DNA of 64,000 bases, from the NCBI GenBank assembly GCA_037447605.1, contig CM074818.1, forward strand, positions 880,617 through 944,616, read 5' to 3'. The translations under genes were made by a program, and so were the position numbers. The stretch is from Zygnema circumcarinatum SAG 698-1b (taxonomy: Eukaryota > Plantae > Zygnematophyceae). The notes below the pieces were generated by a model. The model saw nothing but the letters and a program-made list of their open reading frames with translations, had not been told where the DNA came from and made no database searches. Shown in pieces: positions 52,301 to 64,000 of this stretch; positions within the stretch are counted from its first letter, which is position 1; the number at the start of each line of letters is the position of its first letter.

Positions 52301-53088
52301 CAATCGAGTCTTCCAGCCGCGGTCCAACGTGGAGAACATTCGTTGTCGCCACATTACGTGCGGAAGCCGCCAATCGACACCAGGCCGCTTCGTGATCCCC
52401 AACCCTGATCTTCCCAACAAAGTCGAACCTTCGCCTTTCAGCCCATCATCGACGTCTCATTCAATCTCTCTCGCATTCTAAGGTTTCAGGACCTCGCTTG
52501 CACTTGAAGCAGATCCCCCTGAAGCCTTTCTTCTCCTTCTGTCAATGTCAGCCTCCCTCCCTCCCCGATCTTGGGGACTCTTGTTCTTGTAAAGAACAGT
52601 AGTGGGCCAGCCTGCCACACGTAGCACGCCTTCCCCGCAGGGCGCTTCCTGGCCCGACGGCCGCACCTCCTCGTCTTGTCGCGGAGCGCAAATACCAACA
52701 TCTCTCCTCGGTGCTCCTGGTGTCTTGGACGGTGTCCTCCTCCTTGATCCTCCGCTTCACTTGCTCAAGGGTCATTTTCGAGTTCGTTAGGACAGTCCTA
52801 AGCGCTGCGACTGCTACATCAAATCTAGAGGTCAATCCCCCTAAGAACTGGCTGATCTTATGGTCACTCTCTAACGGTTTCTGTAGAGCTATGAACCTCT
52901 CCATCAAGGTATCAAACCTGACCATATATTCACTCAGTTTCTCATCCGAGGTCATCTTCATCTTCCCAAGCTGCGTGTAAAGATTCACTATCGTGACGTT
53001 ATCCTTTACATCATACATCTCTTCTAAGCACCTCCACATAGCATGTGAGGTCTTGAGATCATACAGCATGGACGAAGGACTTCCCCTC
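49335..53088 (-). pseudogene. Frameshifted copia gag-pol
   Basis: gag MWRCLEEMY..LYTQLGKMKM..LSEYMVRF; integrase RHEFSAPYSPQSNGAAERVNRTL; RT CRLVKSLYGLKQAPRIWY, FQMSDLGEAQYLLGI, SLIGSLMYL; RNase H DNQSSIAL..PVFHKRTKHI..AADMLTK. The domains are split across frames. Confidence 0.9.
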
Positions 53089-53099
53089 ANNNNNNNNNN

Positions 53100-53282
53100 T
53101 GACGCGGTTCCGCCGACATCGCCGACATTCTCCGCGCCCGAAAAGCGTACGGGCCACCGACATTTGGCCCGACCGTATTTCCTAGGAACACTACTAGCAG
53201 ATCTCATGTTTCCCAACTGAGGACCACAACGATGTTAGTGTGAACCCGTACAATGTCTAACTATAGCACACTAACACTAACA
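53100..53282 (-). repeat. 5' LTR fragment (rest lost in an N-gap)
   Basis: Matches 49125-49318. Confidence 0.8.
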
Positions 53283-54927
53283 ACGGTAAATACAATCACG
53301 GCTGAAACCTTAGGAACCTTCTTTCCCCCTACCCCCTTTTAGGAACACAATTACAGTTTCTATGTCTTACATGCCATTGTTTCTCCCTCCCCCTCTAACA
53401 AGATGGTCATATGAGTATTTTGTTACATAACATTGGTCGAGCTTGTACTTTGGTGCTTCACTTCCTTGTAGGTGATTGCTTGAAGCTAGTGCTTGCAGTC
53501 CTTAGATGAGCATGTCCGAGTATATCTAAAAGGTTTTCATAATTTTTTTTCTTGTTTGCACTTTCATCTTATGGTTCTTTAATCTTTTGCTTAGTAATAT
53601 CGACATGTGCATGAAAACGAAAACGATTGACTTAATTAGAGAAAATGTGGGGGCAAGGGCGAGAAAGGCAAGGCAGGCAGGGGCAAGAGCAGTACTGAGT
53701 GGTTGGATATAAGGAGCCTGCATAAAGCTCTTCGAAAGCTCCTCGATCACCTTTTGGAGGAGTTTGCTGCAGTTTCTAGAACCGGGAAGTTGAGTTCATG
53801 CACATTTGATAAACATCGCCATCGTGAGTTCAATGCCAAATCAAAAGTGGAAACAAACATAGATGTCCTTTAACACCCTTAAATAAAATTAGAATGTGTC
53901 CATTACATACATTAAAGACAGGATTTAAGCGAATCTCCTTTTTTGACGACGGCTGGCTATTTTACTCTGCACCCGCAGTGTGGGTTGCCACGTGTCAGCG
54001 TCTAATTGGTACAGTAAAGTTAGCTGGTTTATCCTTTTTTTGTATTCGGGTACGAAGGAGTGACCCGAAATTGCCATAGCCAAATAGTTCAACCGTTGGC
54101 AACACACTGCATTGTCAACGGTTGGTTCATCCAAGGGTTCAACTTTCCATGGCGGTTGAAGTAATTTCGACCATCTACCACGCCAGAACGACGCAAGCCC
54201 TTGAGTTTTCCGGCGCCACATTTTTTGCGGAGCCCCCTTGAAAGCAGCCTGAAGCCCTCTCTCTGCTATTCTAGGGTTTTTAGGGTTTTTAGGGTTTAAG
54301 TGCGAGAACCTCGACCTGGGCAGTGAGGACTTGGCGCAAGAAAGGGCGCTCTCACACTAACCAGTACATCAATGCATGGTACGTGGTCTGTTTGCTCTTG
54401 ATAAAAATGAAAATTGCTTAATCAAATACACGTCAAGCAGCTCATGATACAAATAAAGCACAGAATCTACAGACCTTTTAAGTAAGAAAATGCAATTTAC
54501 TTTTTTTACAAAGTGATGCTTTACTTATTTCAATTCTCAAAAATGACTTATGGCACCTTCAGATAGACAAAGACTCGACCGGTACTAGAACAGGAACTGA
54601 AACTGAATTGAATTGCAACACAGGAACAGAGAGGAGATTGGACGAATAAGAATGCAATTGTTCAACACGTTTAAAAGAATACACAAAACATCGAAAGGTG
54701 TTGTTCACACCACGGCGTCTCTACCACTGCCTCGCTTCGTTGCAACCAAACCAACTACCACTCCCTGCATGGACAAGGAGAGGGGAAAAGGGAGAGGAAG
54801 GCCGAGAGGGGGGAAGAGAGAGAGGGAGAGGGAGAGGGAGAGAGAGTGGGGGAGAGAATGGGGGGGGAGAGAGAGAGGGAGAGAGAGGGGGAGAGAGAGA
54901 AAGAGAGAGAAAGCGAGAGAAAGAGAG

Positions 54928-54963
<36 letters not shown>

Positions 54964-55487
54964 CTTGGCTTGCATCGTAGAACCCCTTCTCCTACTCACA
55001 ACCTCTCCCACAGTCGAAGGAAACAGCCACAGTTTCTGCAGCCTGCAGCAGCGCGCCCTCATCTTCCTAGTCCTAATCATATGGCCTTCCCGGCCTTACC
55101 ACTTATTTCTCACTCTACTGCCAGCTACCGCCACTCCACTCCTCTCCTCCCTCGCAGCGGGAGGTGTGCCTCTACCAAGTTCTCCGCACATGGCTCCTCA
55201 ATCCCATGCGCCAGTTAAAATCCTCATCCTCTCGCATCGCCTCACAAAAGGGCTGTACGGTCGGGACTCTCTCCCTCCCATCCCTCACTACCCACTCTCT
55301 CTCTCTCTCTCTCCCTCTCTCCCTCCCCCCTTCCGGGCTCCTCCACTGTCAAGCAGTCCCTTTTTGTGTTGGCGGCAGATCTTATGCAAATTAAGCAGCC
55401 AGTGGCAGTTCTAGCAGCTAAAGAATAACTACGCAGCAACCTCTAACTCAGCCAAAAGAGTCTAGATATATGTATCATCAGCGCACC

Positions 55488-55526
<39 letters not shown>

Positions 55527-55786
55527 CCTCCCTCTCCTCGCCATTGGAGGCTAAACATCACTACCTAGCAAAGGCTCTCCCTGCTGTGAAGGAGAGTAAG
55601 TCCCTCCTTCACCTCCCTCTCTTGCCACTCCTCCACTCATATTGCCTGAATGCCCGCAATACCCCTGCGATAAAATATAAATAGGTAGCACATACATAGA
55701 CTCTCACAGTTCTCTGTATACACTCACCCCTCTCACAAATCCCCACACAATGGACCTCTCCTTCCACCCAACCAAGCTCTCTATGC

Positions 55787-61412
<5,626 letters not shown>

Positions 61413-63742
61413 TCTCCTCTTTGCCCGCTCCCTCCCTCCCTCCCTCCCCTCCCCCCTCCCTCCCTCCCTCCCTCTACACCTCAGCCATGGCTGTCGCCGC
61501 CCCCCCTCTCTCTCTCGCCCTCTCACTCTCTCTCCCTCTCTACCTCTCTCTCTCCCTCTCCTCTCCCTCTCCCTCTCTCTCACTCTCCCTCGGTCCCTCC
61601 CGCGTTCTCTCTCCCGCACGTGCGAGATCTCCCCTGCCGACGCGAGCCTCCCCGGGCCGGTTTTAGGGTTCCCTCGCTCCCTCTCTCAGGGGGGGCGGGC
61701 GGCCGGCCACGTGGCGCCCTCCGCTACAGTGAGGCGGCGGTACCGTACGGAAGGACCCCCCCACGACGGCGGCGGGCGCCATGGGCGGCGGGCGGGGCTG
61801 TCAGCAGGATCTTCGGCGCCGACGGAGGGGTTCCGGGGCGGCGGGCGGAGGGGGGGAGGGGGCGGGAGGCAGAGTTCAGGGTTCAGGGCCGAGAGGCGAT
61901 CGGAGGGGTGCAAGGCGGGGCAGGGTTCAGGGCCGGGAAATCGGGGGGGGACAGGTGGCGGCCGGCCGTTGGCACAGGGCGGTGGAGGCGAACGGATGGC
62001 GCGACGTGACGTACGAATGGTTTGTCGTGTAGGGATGAACAGGAGTTAAAGGGAGCGCAGGGGATCTGCGGTTCGGGACAAACGAGTACGAATAGTTTGA
62101 CGTTGGTACAGATCTTGAAGGGTACCGGGCGCCCGCAAAATCCGATTTTAGCGAATTTGGAGGGCACCGAATCGCGGGGATCCGGCCGTGGGGGCGCGAT
62201 CGGGGGCATTGATGGCGCGCAAGGGGACGTTCCGGCGACGTAAGCAGATTTGTCGAAAGAGGGTACAGACATGCACGGACAGGCGGAAATTCCCAAAATA
62301 GCCGTACAAGTACAGGTCTTCTTTGCCGACGACCGTACGGAAATTATTTATGAGGGAGAATCAAAGATCCTCACGGATCTGGGACAAGTCGAGGCTCGAC
62401 CGGACGTCGGTTCGAAGCTGTTCCAAAGCTGGGCGCAATGAGAATAGCACCGAGCCTACACCGAGCCTAGATATGATAGATTTTGGTTCGGCGCACGGTT
62501 CGGTGTTGCGTGACTGGTGTACGGTTTTGTCGGCGGGCCAGAAGACGCGGAGGCAGGCGGGCGGCGCCGGCTGATCGCAGCCAGTTGGGATCTGCACCCG
62601 CTTTGTCGCGAAGCGGGTGCCCTTTGGCTGCACGCGGCGGCAGCGGAATCGCGGGGTGCTTGCCCGCGCACGCGCGCCGTCCTGTGCGGCGGATGCGACA
62701 CGTGCGTGCAAGGACATTGGTGCCCGACAAAGGCACATAGGTCGGTGGCGATTGGCACAGCTGGCGACGTAGGTCGGCGAAGCGCGCCAAACGGGTCGAT
62801 TGAATGACGGGGATGGGCCGACAAAGACCCCATTTTTGCGACGCAACTTGGAATTGTACCCGATGGGGAGTGCCACGTGGCACCTCGCTGGGCGGGGCGG
62901 ACTTTTGGCCGTTGGTCGCTTGACCGTGAGCGCTCGGACCAATCAATGGCGCACTTGCGGGCGCGCGCTAGGGCGACCACTTGGGGGCGCGTTCGGCCCA
63001 TGTTGGCACTTGGGAGGCATGAAAGTGGCTCGCCCGCATGTACGGACGCCGTCAACTTGTAAATGGCCGTACAAAAAATAGTACCACATTCAGAAACGAC
63101 AAAAATATATCGTACAAATAGACCAATATGCACACAGCGAGGATGTACGAAATGCCTGGGTGTGCGCAAAGCGACTCGAGACCAGTTTGACTTTTTCGAT
63201 GAGGATGATGTTACCGTACTGTCTGTACAGTTCTGGTTTTAACTGTGCTGACGTGGCTCGTCTCTGCGCACAGCTGTCCTCCCTGGCCCGACCGCTCGGG
63301 CCCCCAAAAAGTTTTTTGGTCGGCATGACTGCCACGTGGTGGTCTCCAACCGGCGGGTGGCCAGCTGGGGCCAGCCGGGCCGAGTCATGATTGGGCGAAA
63401 TCATTTGCCCGGATGGCGCGGCGGGTTGGGAAATAAAGTTCGGGGGTGCGCGAACCGCTGCCAGGACCAGTACGGTTCGTACGTTTCGTACGGACATGCG
63501 CATTCTTCAAAGCCGTACGGTAAAGGTTTTTGCAGTTTTTTATTTGAACAAAATTCCCGACATTGAAATGATGCCCATATCGGTTAATATTTTTGTGCGA
63601 CCGTACGGTACTACTTTTAGTAATGTACGACTGAGGCACCGTCGAACGGTCCACGGAACTGCCGTTCTATCAGTTTCAGGCACCAATCCAGTTCGAGCTA
63701 ACTGGATGTCGTCACATGTACAGTAACCCGTAAATATCTAGG

Positions 63743-63795
63743 CCAATCATGTTGTCCCACGTGGACAGTAATGACACGTGTCAAGCCTGGATTGG
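63743..63795. promoter_or_regulatory. CCAAT-N9-CCACG / CGTG-N10-ATTGG dyad upstream of GRF
   Basis: CCAAT 63743-47, CCACG 63757-61, CGTG 63777-80, ATTGG 63791-95. Confidence 0.55.
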
Positions 63796-63798
63796 TGC

Positions 63799-63878
63799 TA
63801 CGGCAGGCAGCTGGCGACCCATGGTCCCTCCCCTCGGGTACGGCAGGCAGCTGGCGACCCATGGTCCCTCCCCTCGGG
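63799..63878 (+). repeat. 40-bp exact tandem duplication
   Basis: TACGGCAGGCAGCTGGCGACCCATGGTCCCTCCCCTCGGG x2, next to an N-gap. Confidence 0.85.
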
Positions 63879-64000
63879 GAGGGGGGGGGGGGGGGACAGG
63901 GGNNNNNNNNNNGAGGGAGGGAGGGAGGGAGGGAGCAGCCATGGGCGCGCCCCCGCGCGGAGCTTCTTCTAGGTAACGGGACGGATGGCGTCGCCATCGT

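Larger units (their letters stand above)
48326..53282 (-). mobile_element. Ty1/copia LTR retrotransposon, degenerate, TSD ACGGT
   Basis: TG...CA ends; ACGGT at 48321-25 and 53283-87; 53100-53282 matches 49125-49318 (LTR 5' part); purine-rich PPT-like tract at 49319-49330; domain order gag-INT-RT-RNaseH. Confidence 0.92.

Noticed and set aside
53089-53100. Primer-binding site of the copia element
   Set aside because: The region falls in an N-gap and cannot be read.
62250-63750. Overlapping GC-rich ORFs upstream of GRF
   Set aside because: No recognisable domain or splice structure; they occur in all frames, as expected for GC-rich non-coding DNA.

Overview
Intron-rich, microsatellite-laden eukaryotic DNA with land-plant-type genes; a streptophyte alga is plausible but is inference. 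Seven spliced genes could be reconstructed by hand from GT-AG sites and reading phase: a group-C bZIP (+), an organellar fused alpha/beta glycyl-tRNA synthetase (-, about 24 exons), proteasome ATPase RPT1 (+, with an internal ~1.6-kb duplication of exons 5-6), an uncharacterised two-exon gene (+), a DUF3754 protein (-), a three-KH-domain FLK/PEPPER-like protein (-) and a growth-regulating factor (GRF, -). Between the KH and GRF genes lie a 940-bp foldback element with an 8-bp TSD, a ~2.2-kb palindrome with hairpin tandem repeats and a degenerate Ty1/copia element with a 5-bp TSD. The most unusual signals are non-coding. (1) CCAAT-N9-CCACG (ERSE-type NF-Y/bZIP geometry) occurs 8 times perfectly. 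Four intergenic sites form a 51-53-bp head-to-head dyad, one at the exact centre of the foldback element. (2) Telomere-type and GA/CT repeats fill introns with a tendency for G-rich sequence next to donors and C-rich (CTAAC-containing) sequence next to acceptors. (3) G-boxes are dense even inside exons, and CCGTAC clusters lie upstream of genes. The window has eight N-gaps, and ~47.4-53.3 kb looks error-rich, so some structures may be assembly artefacts.
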